The notes: generated from the sequence alone by a model not told the origin. Positions 38,223 to 51,458 are shown, numbered from the stretch's first letter. The stretch is DNA of 64,000 bases from Protoeuglena noctilucae (GCA_958009085.1 OY253686.1:744001-808000), one strand, 5' to 3'. A program made the numbers and translations.

Positions 38223-41200
38223 ATGTCAATCAAGCAGGAGCAGGCGACGCGCGGGCCGCCTCCCGCACGCACCACTCCAGCGCATCCATCTCCATGTATT
38301 GAATCGCCTGGTTGATGCGTCAAGACCCGCTGAATTTCTCACAAGCTTGGATTTCCATCCCTTTGCACTTGCAGACGTTCGATGAGAACGCGGAGAACAT
38401 CGACCCCGCGACGCGGGACGGTCGACCCGCGTCTCTATCCGGCACCACAGCGTCTGGCCAGGATTGGTCGGGGATGCGAGATGGGCGCGCGGGCGCCGCC
38501 TGGTAACCGGCTTTCCCCAGCTCGCGTCGCACGCCACCCCGGCGCGTGCGCGAATCGCTGCGGCCTGCGCGAGTCGTGGCATGCTGCAAGACTCTTTATT
38601 GTGGCCTGGTTGCAGGAAACCCACCCCCCGGGCGCTCAGCGACGATGTCCTCGCACCCACCACAAACAGCCCCACCCGGAGCGGCAGCATCGCTTTGGAC
38701 TCCCCTGCCCGACGCGAGGCGGAGGACCTTTCCGGTGCGCTGGGATGTCACAACATGCGCAGGATGCACTCGGCGCGTGGCTGGCACCTCACGTACGCCC
38801 CACCCATCGCATGCAGGCCGCCTGCGCAGTCTGATGCAGGCTTTCGGGAGCGCAGACCGGGAGGTCTCGAGCTGCAGCAGCAACCAGGCCGAGTCTGCCT
38901 CCGCGGCGTCGCCGGGCAGCAGGGACCCCGGGGAAGTGACTTTCCGGGAGAGCGGTGCGTGGCAGTGTTCGGCCAGGCATAGGCGGAGGCGGACGCTCTT
39001 AGGTTGAACAAGCAAGGGCCCAATTCCGCCGCTCCCGCAGTCACGGGGGAGCTGAGGGCGTCCGCGCCGGTGGGCAGAGAGCCCACCCGTGCCCCCGCCA
39101 GGCGCGAGGTAGCTGAGGTGCCGGCTGCCCGAGCCGTGGCGGGGTCACCGGCCGGGGCAACGCGGCCGAGCACCAGCCACCTGTCGTCTCCCGACAGCGT
39201 CTTGGAGGGCGCGACGGACTCCGGCGAGAACATCAAGGTTATGATACGCGTGCGCCCGTGCTTGACGCAAGAGGCGACAGCGGGTGCCAAGGTGTGACTG
39301 CGACTGGGCAGGGCGCACGCAAGGCACGCATTGATATCAATGCTCGGTCCTGCGATGCCCTGTAATGCTCCACGACATATTGGTGTCGCAAACGAGCTGG
39401 ATCCGTCCCGGGTGCACGCAGGTGTGCGTGCGGGTGACGTCCAAGCACGACCTGTCCGTCGCAGCGCACCCGTTCCCTCACACCTTCTCCTTCGACCACG
39501 TCAGGTGACATGGCGACTGTGCGTCGCGGCCTGGCACGCGATGGCAGTCGGGGCATGTGCTGTGTGCCTCGCTGGGTCATCATCCCAACCCAGACTGATA
39601 CACGCTGGTGTATGTTCCCCGTCCTCAGCAACGAGGCCACGTCTCAGGAGAGGATATTCAAGCTCGCCGGCAAGCCTCTGGTCCAGAACGCCCTGCAGGG
39701 GTACAACTCAACCGTGTTTGCGTACGGGTGACGGCAGCGCAGTTCCCTGCTCTGGAATGGTCGTAGATACCATGGCATGAGATACTGTGGCCACCGCTCT
39801 GTATCTGCGCACACGAGTCGAGCATGGTGCCTTCGGCTGGACAACTATCGCAGGCAGACGGGTTCTGGCAAAACGTACACCATGCTGGGGCCGTCGCTGG
39901 AGGGCCCCGACCGTGGCCTGATCCCACGTGTCTTCCAGCACCTCTTCGCGTGCATCGAGGAGCGCGAGCGTGCGGGGAGCAAGTTCTCTGTCAAGTGCAG
40001 GTGACTCGAGAAGATCAGCCGATGTCCACAGCAGGGCTTAGCAAACCCGCCACCAACACTTGGTCAACAGGCCAGTCAAGGCGATGCCAGTACTGGTTGC
40101 TATGTCAAGAATCAGTGCGACCAGTGACACCTGTTCAGACCCCCCCTTGACCCCATGCCGCTGGGCCGTGGTCGCCACAGACACACTGCCCCCCGACCCT
40201 GCCAATGCAGCTACGTGGAGGTGTACAATGAGCAGGTGCACGACCTGCTGTCCGACAGCCCGGGGAACCTCCCGCTGCGCGAGGACGTGCGGAGAGGTGT
40301 CTATGTGGAGGGACTCACGGAGCACCCCACCGCCAGCACCAGGTGAGGCGTTGCGACAGGACGCATGAGGTGGAAATAGTGAGGGAGCGCACCGATGCAA
40401 GCCAATCGCGTCCATTCGCATCCTCTCTGCGCCGCAGTGACGTGATGGCGCTGCTGGAGGCGGGTTCCCACACGCGTCGCATGGCCAGCACCCGCGCCAA
40501 CGCCGAGTCCTCGCGGTCCCACGCTGTCTTCACCTGCGTCGTGGAGCAGCGCGTGCAGCAGGGCGGCCTCAGCCACGTGCTCACGAGCCGGCTCAACCTG
40601 GTGGACCTGGCCGGGAGCGAGCGGCAGCGGGACACGGGGGCCGCGGGGGAGCAGCTCCGGGAGGCGTGCACCATCAACCGGTCGCTGTCCGCGCTGGGGC
40701 ACGTCATCATGGCCCTCGTGGAGGTCTCCAAAGGGCGCCCGCGGCACGTGCCCTACCGAGACTCGAAGCTGTCCTTTCTACTGCAAGACAGCCTGGGCGG
40801 CAACAGCCGCACCGTGGTCATCGCCTGCGTGGCGCCCTCCCTGGCCCACGTGGGGGAGACGCTTTCGACGCTCAAATTCGCCGCCAACGCCAAGTGCATC
40901 CGCAACTGCGCCATTGTGAACGAAGAGCAAGGCGAGGACCCAGGTGACCTGAGGGACGGGAGGAACGGTCGGGCGTGGCGTGGTCGTGGCGGTGCAGCTG
41001 GGGTCGATGCAGAGCACAGGGATAGCTATGGACGATCAGGTCACTTATGCAGGTCGACGATTCGTGCTCTGTGCGTGTTGGCATAGAAGACAGGAGCACC
41101 CGCTCCACGCTCGCAGCCACCCTTCGCCGGGAAATCATGCGCCTGAAGGCAGAGCTCCGCGCCGCCCGGCAGGGCTACCACAACTTGCCGCAGACGCCGC

Positions 41201-44200
41201 CGTCCAATGTCTGGGCCAGCGGGGGGCACCTGGGCACTCTGCGCCAGTCCACTCGCTCCCCCGGCCAGCCCGATGCCCTTGCGCCGTCCAGCCCGGGTGC
41301 GGCGGACCGTGCGCTGGTGGCCGCGTTGCGGAGGGAGGCGGAGGCCCTGGGTCGGCTGCGCGGCAGCGAGGAGGGGGTGCGGCGTCTGCAGGAGCTGGTG
41401 GCGGCCAAGGACCGGGAGCTGCAGCAGTGCCGCATGGTGATCAAGGTGAGACTCGAAGATGCGATGTGATCAGGGCTGGGCATGTGTGTGTGCTAGCTGG
41501 GGTAACGTCAGGCATGTGCTCTGTAGCTGGCCTGGGTCTACTGTGGTCGGCGTGCTCTACAGCTGGCCTGGGATGTCGCACTGCCTGCTCGTCAACACAG
41601 CTGTGGTTTCAATTCCCCGCAGCTGAGGGAAGAGCGCATCCAGCGCATGGACATGAAGATGCACAGCGGCTATGCGAGGCGGTCGCCCACGGGTGAGCCT
41701 CAGCTGGAGCGGGGCTGGGAGCGCCGGGGCATGGGCTCCCTCATGCATGAGCCATGCCTAGCACGGCTCGCCGATGACAGATCACAGATGACAGATACTG
41801 CTGGCCTGCCCATGCACACACACTCTCCCTCTCGTTACGCCACAATGACTGTGGACATCCACGGCCCCTCATTTCACACCTCACGTCGAGGCCACCTGCC
41901 CCCGCCCACCTGCCCCCGCAGCGTCCCCCGTCAAGTCCGGCGGTGCCCCTGACCTGGCGTCCCGGGAGGTGCAGGCTCTCCATGCAGAGATCGAGCGGCT
42001 GAAGGACGACGTGCTGCGGCACCCGGAGCTGCTGCGACTGCATGCGGAGAACCAGCAGCTGAGCCAGGTGCGAGGGTGCACACCACAGGTGGCGTAGCAC
42101 TGAGGCAACGCAGGTGGCGTAGCACTTGCAGTAGTGAGAGTGTGGCAGGGGCACTCACCAGTGACTGACTCTGTCACACTGCATCGCAGGACCTGTCGAG
42201 CCTCGAGGGTTTCGTGAAGGAGGGGGAGCGCGAGCAGCTGCTGGCGGACATCGACGAGCTGAGGGGTCGGCTGGAGGCGGTGGTGGCGGACCGGGACCGC
42301 CTTCACCGCCAGGCGGGGGGCAAGGCCGAGGTGGAGGGCGAGGCGGAGGGGAGGGCCCTGGCGCAGCGATGCGAGGCGCTGGAGTTGGAAGTGCAGGCCC
42401 TCAGGTGTGTTGCTTCATGATTGCATCATTAGGCGAGTGACACGCTCGCACATCTTGCTTGGAACCCACATCCCACTTCGGCTAGGAGCCAAGCTGGGTA
42501 ATGGACATGTCATGTGCAACCGTGTGTGTGGTCGGTGTTGGTCACTCTTGTGCCTTGTGTGATCTCAGGCACGAGCTGGAGGAGCGCAGTTACCAGCTGG
42601 CGGACGCGTCGTCTCAGCGGATGAAGGCCGAGGCACTGACGGCGGCAGCTGAGCGCAGGGAGCAGGAGCTGGGGGAGGAGCTGGAGGGGAAGGAGGTGGC
42701 CATGATGGAGACGCAGGTGGGTGTGATGCGAGGGGAGCATCGAGGACACGCTGTGCTGGTGTCACCTCCACTTGGGGTGTCACCTCCAATGACCGCCTGG
42801 ACAGGAAGCAGCGAGCAGGCCAAGGGGCTCCTTGCACCCCTTGTGGTGCTCTGCGTGTCTCTGATATATGATATATGATATAAACCACAAACGTCCTCTC
42901 ATCTCGTCTCTCGTCCCCAGTCGCTTCTGGCGGAGACCCAGGAGCAGCTGCGGCAGGCGAGGGAGCAGATCGGGGCGGGGACGGACCGCGGGGCGAGGCT
43001 GGCGGGGGAGCTGGAGAAGGCCAAGGCGGCGCTGGAGGAGGCGAGGAGGGAGGTGGACGCGAGCCGGCAAGCAGCTGAGGCGAGTGCAGCGATATGGCGA
43101 CGCGGCTGTGGATGCGCAGTCGGGTGGGCTCAGTCTCTGTCTCTGGCTGGGACAGCTCGAGTGTGCTTAAGCAGCGTGTCATGATCGGTGCATCATAAGT
43201 CAAGTGTGCAATTCTAGATGCTCGCTGTCGCACTGCAGGAGGCGGCAGAGACCGCAGCGGAGGCGGAGGCAGAGGCGGCATCCCTGAAGCGGCGCATTGT
43301 GGTGCTGGAGGAGGAAGCGCAGGTGAGGCGCTGTAGATGTATATGTGTGTCGATTGATGCGGGCGAGGGGTGGCAGTTGCGAGATTGACACGCGACCCTG
43401 GGGGTGACGCTAGCGTCGGTACATGTTGCACCTGCCTTGGCCGTCATCGAGCCCACCATGGTTGATCCAACGTGTATCCATTCGTGCCTTCAGGCGACGG
43501 AGGCTGACTGGGACGACCTGCGCCAGCGCCTGGAGATGCGGGAGAGGGAGCTGGTGGAGGCGGCAGCGGCGGTGCAAGAGGCGCTGGAGAGGGCGCAGGA
43601 CGGGGCGGCGGGGCAGGCGGCGTGGGAGCTGCGGGTGGCGTCGCTGGAGCAGCAGGCGGAGGAGGAGAGGCAGCGGGCGGACGGGCACGAGCGGGCAGCA
43701 CGAGTGAGTGCACGGGTGGATAGGTGGCACGGGAGCATGGGTGCAGGAGGGACACAACAACATCTGCACTGACCTGGTCTGCCACGGATGCTTGACTCGT
43801 CCATCACTCGATGCGTCACCTGCAAGCATCTCTCGTAAACTCGCAGGAAGCGGCGGACCGTGCCGCATCCGAGCGTGCGGCCCTCGAGGCGCGGCTGCGG
43901 GAGGTGGAGGCGCGGTGCGAGTCCCTGACCGCTGAGCTACGATCCAAGAGGGAGAGTTTGGCAAATGCCACGGAGCATTGCCGGAGGGCGCGGGAGGAGG
44001 CGACGCGTGCCACGGAGGCAGCGAATGCAGAGCGGAGGGCGGGGGAGGAAGCCAGGGCAGCGACGGCTGAGGTGGAGACTCGGCGCACCCAGCTGGCAGA
44101 CGCGCTGGCGGTGGCGGAGGCGCGCGTCGCCGAGGCTGCCAGGAGCGCAGAGGCGGCCCGGCAGGAGGCGGCGCAGCTGCGGGATCGCCATTCGATGGCC

Positions 44201-45984
44201 ATGGACGCGGCTCGTGCGGACTTCGAGGCCCGGCTCGAGAGCCTGCGTGCCAGCAAAGACGAGGAATCCTCCTCCGGTGAGGTTACATGGATGTATGTAT
44301 TGCTGCCCAGGTGCTTGTGCCACTATCGACTGGCATGGTGTCATGGTCAAGCAGAGCGGTGCTGGTCCGTGTGCATGGATGGGTGCATACCAGAGAGCCT
44401 GGGTCGTGAGGATCACGTGCCTATCTCCCCCCGCAGTGTCTCGCACCTTTGAGCACCAGGTGCGTTCCCTGAAGGAGCGCATCGCCGCGATGGTGGCCGA
44501 GAGGCAGGAGGCGACGACACGGGCACAGGGGGAGGTAAGGGAGCACGAGCATGGGGTTTTCTATGGACTTCATTCTCAGTCCTGTCGTATCATCTACTGA
44601 TCGATTTTACACTCGTGAATGCCTGCCTGAGCCCCTGCGTTGCAGAAGGACCTCCTGGCCCAGCGATGCGCGGACCTGGAGGCGCGTGTGGCGGAGTTGG
44701 GGCGCGAGGGACAGGCGCTGCGGGAGGCAGTCGAGGCGGCCCGTCGGGAGAGGGACGCCGAGGTGGCGGAGGCGACGAGGGCGCTGGAGCAAAGGGCCAG
44801 GGATGCCGAGGCGAGTCGTGGGGTGGGAGGGGACGTGGGGTCGCATGCAGGACAAACCCCAAGAAATGACAAGTCTAGTGTGCTGTAATGAGATCAACAC
44901 TGTGGCTGACTGCCATACTGGCCTGCACTTGCCAACTCGCACGACGTCTCCTGTACCTTGCAGTCCGCAGCGGCGGCTGCCATGCGTGACGCGAAGGAGG
45001 CCCGGGAAGCGCAGCGGCCCTGCGAGGGGTGCAAGCGGTGAGACTGAGCGACGCCGGTGTTGATTGTTGCAATAACAACTGCATCGTCCCCTTAGCCATG
45101 TCTCGGTAATGGTCCCAGTGGTGAGCTATTTTGCACCCTGACCGGTGGTCAGGGCATCACCCTGGCTTGATCCCCCCCCCCTCTCCCCAGCGTGGCTGAG
45201 ATGGAGCGTCGCGTGCACGATGCGGAGGAGGAGAAGCGCGTGGAGGTGGAGGCCATGCGCTTCAGCCTTGCCCAGGAGTCGCGGCGGCTGCACGAGGCCA
45301 TCGTCAAGGGGCGCGAGTACAAGAACAAACTCATCGACCTGCACCAGGCGAGGAAGTGGTCGATGATGCGATACTGATACGTAGTTAACACGCGTGCACA
45401 CGCTCTCATCGACCTACACCAAGCTGGGAGCACATGGCGGGCTGTGTATCCGTATCTCACCCCCGCTCTGCCCCTCTCGTCCCCGCAGCGCTTCTGTGCG
45501 GGTACTGTCCCCGCCTCGCCCATGAGCCAGGCACCCAAGACGCCCCCGGCCGCCGAGTTCTCTTTCCGCAGCAGGTGCGGTGCAAACGGTTTTGCCACGA
45601 TGCGATGCCCATCCACCAACCCTCCGCTACCCCACCACGTGCCACCCGGCGCGTGCTGTGTGGCTGCTGCCATGTCCTGAGATGCATGGCATCAAACTAT
45701 GACCATGACCCCTTCCCCCTCTGCAGTTTTGGGGACGAGGTTCGCAAGTCCTCTGAGAAGCGCGACGCCCTGCTGAGCAAGGTGGCTGAGCTGGAGAGGT
45801 GAGGGCGCCGGGCGTGGCTAAGGCATGTGGGGTTGTTGCATGCATATGCCTAGGTCATTCACCCCATGCTCACTAACGCATCTTGCCCCCTCCGTCGTGT
45901 CTCAGGAAGCTCCATGAGCTGGCAGCGGCGGCAGAGAAGGACTCCCCAGGCACGCTGCGGCACCGGGTCGTCAACGCAATGTGA
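38223..45984 (+). CDS. Kinesin-12 (KIF15/POK-like) with long coiled-coil tail
   Basis: NIKVMIRVRP, GQTGSGKT, NAESSRSH, LVDLAGSERQ and HVPYRDSKLSFLLQDSLGGNSRT motifs; about 24 exons. The first exons (38223-38953) rest on splice-phase inference only. Confidence 0.9.
42086..42126. repeat. 16-nt direct repeat in a kinesin intron
   Basis: CAGGTGGCGTAGCACT at 42086-42101 and at 42111-42126. Confidence 0.85.
45330..45424. repeat. Degenerate duplication of an exon/intron junction
   Basis: CTCATCGACCTGCACCAGGC (45330-45349) versus CTCATCGACCTACACCAAGC (45405-45424), 18 of 20 identical. Confidence 0.75.
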
Positions 45985-46178
45985 CGCAGCTGTGCGTGAC
46001 TGGCTCCCGATGTGACGGCATGTTTCGCGATGCTTCGCTCCGTTCGGTTGTGGCAGATGGCAGACCACAGTGACATGGCTGCTTCAAGCTGGCCATGAGT
46101 ACCACGGATCGCACAACAGCGTCGCGTGCATGAGTCAATGCGACAGTGCAAGGCTGCGACCTATGCAAAGCCCCCATG

Positions 46179-47613
46179 TCACAAAATGGCCGCCAGCCCT
46201 TCCTTGATGCGCGTCGGGCACACCACGAACCACGGGTTGAGCAGGTCCGGCTTGTTGTACTCTAAGGGTTCCCCACGCCGCACTGCCTCCCGCCACGTGG
46301 CCTCGTCCCCCGCCTGGATCACGTGAGCACCAGCCTCCCTGGGGCACACGATGAGATTAGCAGGTGCGACATGGGTGCCTGTCCATGGTTCAGTCTTCCC
46401 ATTTCTCTGCCCAGTCAGCAGCTAAGCGTTCGCACAGTCACACCGTAACCACGAGCGCACCACTCCCATGCCCAACCAGCATGCCTAGGTGCCAAGCGCT
46501 CGCCTGACGACGGCGTCGGCAGCAGCCGTGTCCCACTCGCACGTCGGGCTGAGCCTGGGGTAGCAGTCAGCCAGTCCTGCTGCTACCATGGTCAGCTTGA
46601 GGCTGGAACCGAACTGCGCAATGCGAGCAGGACGTCATGTTGCAGGTTTAGCTCAAGGCATGTTACACGCACAGGGTGACAGGGTGACCCCCATGGTCGC
46701 CTCGCCTGCTCCGAGACTGGGTTGCGGAATGCCTCGTCCATGAGGACCTTGGTCAGCCCATCCGGATGCGACGCGGAGGACACCACGCGCAGCCCCTCTT
46801 GATCGATGGGGGGGTCGCTGGCTCGAACGGGACGCACGCCCTGGCTGTCTTTCATGAAGGCCCCGTGGCCCCGCTCGGCCCAGAAGGAGGTAGAGGTGGC
46901 GGGGACGTGCACGACGCCCAGCACCGGGGCGTACCGCCCGTCTTCCCCTCGCGTCACCAACGCGATGTTGACAGTGAACTCCCCCGTTCGCTTGACGAAG
47001 TCCTTCGTGCCGTCCAGCGGATCCACGACGAAGAGAGAGGGCCACTGTCGCCTGGTGTCGTAACTGGGGGGCGTCCCGTTTTCCTCGCTCAGCACGGGCA
47101 CGAGAGGGGCGAGCCTCCGAAGTCCCTCCATGATCACGGCGTTGCAGGCAAGGTCAGCGGCTGCGGGACGGGAGCGGGGGCTCGCACACGAGGACGTGTC
47201 GCAGGGCACGGCAACTTTCCGCGAGGAACCCGCTCACCCGTCAGAGGCGAGTCGTCGTCCTTGAAGCTCAGGTTCCAGTCTTCCCGTGGCCCGTCGTATA
47301 TCTCCATAATTCTTCGCCCGCCCTCCTCTGCCAGCTGCACTAGGGCTGCAACCTCCACCCTGCGACGAAAGGCGCACTTTCGCAACAGTGCGGGGGACCC
47401 GTATGAAACTTACGTCACCACTGCACCTGCAGAGGAGCGCACTGCGCGTCATCGTCACCTGGCTGGGCCATCTTGGGTAGGAACTTCAAGCATCGCCCCT
47501 CGACCTCCCCGCCCAGCGAGCCGCCCCTGCAAGCCAGCAGTCGAGTTCGCGGATGATTCATGGAAGACGGAAGTGCGTTTTGACGCGGCAGGAGGCGACC
47601 GGCAGCTGAACAT
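46179..47613 (-). CDS. cysQ: 3'(2'),5'-bisphosphate nucleotidase, CysQ type
   Basis: KDDDSPLT|AADL, VLSEE, VDPLDGTKDF, GEFTVNIAL, GSSLKL, YPRLSPTCEWDTAAADAVVREAG, YNKPDLLNPWF; two GC-AG introns; start uncertain. Confidence 0.9.
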
Positions 47614-47868
47614 CCGATGGGACGCTGGCGACGTTTCGCCAGTTGCAATTGTTTCTCGCGCTCGCCTCGCTCGCTTGACTTGCTTGTCACGCAGGGACCG
47701 TCGGACAGTTCTACATGCGTGAAGCCGATAACCCCAGCCCACGAGTGTAGCGAGAAGTGCTCAACCAGTGGCGCAAACCTAAGCGTGGTTGTTCGTCGGC
47801 GACAGGGCCCCTACCCCGCTCTTCCCGACCGTCTTTGCCTCTTCGTGCTCGTTTGGGCTGCGTCTGCC

Positions 47869-50027
47869 ATGCAGCTAGCCCCCAGGCCATCGCGCGCCGC
47901 GGGAACGACACTCAGGGTTGCCCCGGCACCCTCCGGGGGGCTCCGCACCCCTCCCGCGCGCGCATCGACGCGACAGCCCGCCGCGACGGCTCAGGATGCG
48001 AAGGCGAAGGCTTATGTGCAAGCTTCCGACGGCGCCGAGGCTCCAGCATCCGCTGCACCCACGGCGACATCTCGTGTGACCTACAAGCCCATCACCCCTG
48101 CGGACTACGGCTTCCGCGCCCGCACGGCCCGTGACTTGGGGCAGCGTGAGGTGCCCGGCCAAATCCCCGCCTCGGGCTGGGACTTGGCGCAGGGAAACTT
48201 CAAACGCGAGCTGCGGGGGCTTCGCACCTCGGTGCGATTCCAGGACTTCAGCGAAACGAAGGTGGGGCCCAGGGGCAGCGGTATAGCCATGTACGGCCCT
48301 CTTATCGCTTTCTCACTGCATGCAAGAGATCCACCGTCGTGGCCCTCGCAGGAGCTCCTGCCCAAGAACATCGTGGTCGATGCCATGGTGAGCACGGAGA
48401 GAGGGACACAGGAGGCGTTGATATGGAAGGGCCATCGCAGCGCATGGACCACCCTTTTTTGTGTGATGTAACGCAGTGGGGCCTTCACATCACGTTCGTG
48501 GACATCTTTGCCTCGTTCGACAAATGGCTGGAGGATGCGGGGGTGCTGCCGCGACTGAACAAGGCAGACTCGATCGAGGACCCCGCCGCGTTCGAGCAGG
48601 CACGCGCCATCCGCAAGAAGCTGCGGAAGCTGCGGCTCTCCAACAGCCGCGTGGCGCAGCGGGAGAGGTGGGGGCCCGAGCGTCACGATATGCGATACCA
48701 ATGGTCGGGTCCCGCGCGTGCCAGCCCCGTCTCAGTCCCTCTCGTGCCCTACCCACGCGATGCAGGGATCGCGAGGAGGCCGGCCTGGGCGCCAAGGGCG
48801 TGCCCTTGCCCGTCAAGGTCGTCTACAAGGTCTTGTGCTTATTCCTGGACCTGCTGTTCTACGAGAGGCCTATCCAGCGATTCTGGTTCCTGGAGACGGT
48901 GGCCAGGATGCCCTACTTCAGCTACACCTCGATGCTGCACCTGTATGAGAGCCTGGGGTGGTGGCGCGCGGGCTCCGAGCTCCGCAAGGGTGAGCAGAGC
49001 GCACGGCTGAGCCAGGCTGAGCAAGGCCCGTGCGTCCATCGCAGCGCGTACCAAGACTGCGACTGTGATGCGCACCCATCTCATGAAATTGCTTCCACCA
49101 ACTCATCCCTGCCCATCCCCGTCGTGTCGTCTCCGCAGTGCACTTCGCGGAGGACTGGAACGAACTCCAGCACCTGGCCATCATGTGAGTAGCGCGAGAT
49201 AGCAAGCAGCGCGAGGCCTGCATGCATTTGCATCGCCCTCGCTGCGCCCCCACAGTCAACCCACGGTGCCTCTCCCGCGCAGGGAGTCCCTGGGTGGCGA
49301 CCAGCTGTGGATCGACCGCTTCGCCGCACAGCACGCGGCCGTGCTGTACTTCTGGATCCTCGTGGTCCTCTACCTCGTCTCCCCCGCCACCAGCTACAAG
49401 TTCTCAGAATTGCTCGAGGGTCACGCCGTGGACACGTACGGGGAGTTCCTTGATGCCAACGAGGCGCTGCTGAGGACACTGGTGAGTGGGTGACTGCTAA
49501 CAAGGTGTCGGGCCGTACGCTGTGGGGCACCTGCACGGCTCGCAAGCCAGCCGTGGGTGCAGATGCCCGCGCACACCATGCGCTTTGCACAGTCACGTCG
49601 TAACCACGCCTTGGCTTTCATAGGCATCCCTCCCCGCTCCTCCCCAGCCGCCCCCCGAGTGCGCCGTCACGTACTACCGTTCCGGGGATTTGTACCTCTT
49701 TGACGATTTCCAAACGTCGCGGTGGGCCCCCGACGACAAGCGGCGCCCCACGGTGGACAGCCTCTACGACGTCTTCCGCAACATCCGGGACGACGAGGGC
49801 GAGCACGTCAAGACCATGGTGGCGTGCCAGGACATGTCGGTCGTGATGCAGATCGACCAGAAGAGGAAGCTTGTCAGGCCCAAGGAGGTGAGCTCGTTAA
49901 TAGGGAGGCGCAGCTTGGTGCCGGGTGTGTTAGTCCATCGCCCTTGTGGTGCGTGGGGTCATGCTCTCATGAGCACCCTGTCGCTCCCCGCACGCAGCTG
50001 GACGAGCCTTCCTTCCCCACGCAGTAG
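47869..50027 (+). CDS. PTOX: Plastid terminal oxidase (alternative oxidase family)
   Basis: RFWFLETVARMPYFSY, HFAEDWNELQHL, ELLEGHAVDTY and IRDDEGEH di-iron motifs; transit peptide; 7 GT-AG introns. Confidence 0.93.
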
Positions 50028-50501
50028 GCGTGCCTCCCTAAACCCTTCTACCTGCAGTTTTGACCCCTTGCCTGCCGGCGTTTTTCCCGTTTTGCTGAGC
50101 AGTAAGGGTTTCTTGACCCCTTTGATCTGTGAGTCCCGTTTGCCTGTGCTTGCTTGCCGGTCAGGCTCTTACCTTGCTACCCTCACGTCTTGTCACTCCT
50201 CGGTGCATACTACAGAGATGAGCACCTGAGGCCTTTGTGCTGCCACTGCTTGGTATGAAACACTCGACCTGCATCTCACCGGCGTTGCGCCTGCCAGGTG
50301 GGGCCCTCCTGGCAAGTTTGCACACATATATGCGTGCTGCTTGTCGAATGCGCATCCTGTGATCCAGCACGCGGTGAAGTACGCGACGCCATTGCGACAA
50401 AGCTGCGGCTGCGGTCTGAACCAGGACCACTTTCCTGATCCCGCACGACCCTGGGGCTTTGCTATCTGCGGCGGGTAGTGCGACTCAACGGCGACTCCGC
50501 G

Positions 50502-51453
50502 ATGTCTTTGTTCGCCATGACGAGGACCGCATTGCCGGCTACAGCCTCGCCAATGGAGGCGACCACGTCGGCCCCTTGCTGCGGGCGGTCAGCCTCGCTG
50601 TCGAGCTGGTCGTGGCCGCGATCGCTTGTTCCGACAATACAGCAACCGTCGCGATCGCTTAACCGCGTCCTGCGCACGCGCGTGTCGCCCTTCGACGCCG
50701 CGTGGGCGCCATCCATGGACTTGACCGAGGCGAGTAAAGGAGAGCCTATTTCGCCGATCTTTCTGTTCGCCATGCCAAGCAGGCGTACATAGCCACGGTC
50801 ACCGCTTCCGTCGCGCAGAGCATCGCCCCTCAGCTCTTCGCGGTGTCGCTGTTCCCCTACCTCGGCTTCCTCTTCTTCGTCTCGAAATCCAAGGCGTTTC
50901 CCAGGTGCGTGGTGATGCATGGTTGTATACAGCAGCGCCTGGCCTGCCTGTCGGCTTCGTCCTCACGGCGCCTGCGCCCGTGGCCACGCAGGCTGACCGA
51001 GGCGGGCTTCTACTTCCTGCTGGTGTTCGTCGGGGCCACGATTCCCGCGGGTATCTACGCCAAGGTACTTAACTTGCTTGTTTCGTCACCAAAAGTAGCG
51101 CTTCTCGCTCAATGCGGCGTGCTCTGGAGCTGTGCCACTCCTGCCGCCCCCGCAGACCCAGTTTGGGACTTCGCTGGCCAACGTGGATTGGCTCCACGGC
51201 GCGGCTGAGAGCCTCCTGACCGTCTCCAACCTCCTCGTCGTTTTGGGCCTCAGGTGATGGCTGATGCGAGCACCTACACGTCGCAGCAACCCTTTCCTTT
51301 CACGTCACCGACACTGGCTGCGTTCATGTGTTTCGCAGGCAAGGCATCCGCGAGGCGGAGGCTCGAAAGGGGCAAGTGGCGAAGGCAGAAGAGCAAGTGG
51401 ACGGGAACGCGTCGCAGCCCCAGCCGAAGGGGCGCGAGGCAGAGCGCGTGTGA
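50502..51453 (+). CDS. DUF3593 plastid membrane protein
   Basis: QLFAVSLFPYLGFL, GFYFLLVFVGATIPAGIYAK, SLANVDWLHGAAESLLT; intron 50730-50818 has a GC donor. Confidence 0.85.
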
Positions 51454-51458
51454 GGGGG

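Noticed and set aside
38324..38337. GACCCGCTGAATTT matches the 5' end of LSU rRNA
   Set aside because: Only about 14 nt with no flanking rRNA similarity; inside a predicted kinesin intron; no convincing C/D boxes.
40932..40944. Additional GC donor candidate in kinesin (CAAG|GCGAGG)
   Set aside because: A same-phase GT donor lies 12 nt downstream, so it was not counted.
42862..42882. (TGATATA)n short tandem repeat
   Set aside because: Ordinary intronic microsatellite.
47411..47458. 13-nt micro-exon with a 32-nt intron at the CysQ 5' end
   Set aside because: A single ordinary intron of about 99 nt (47458-47360) explains the frame more simply.
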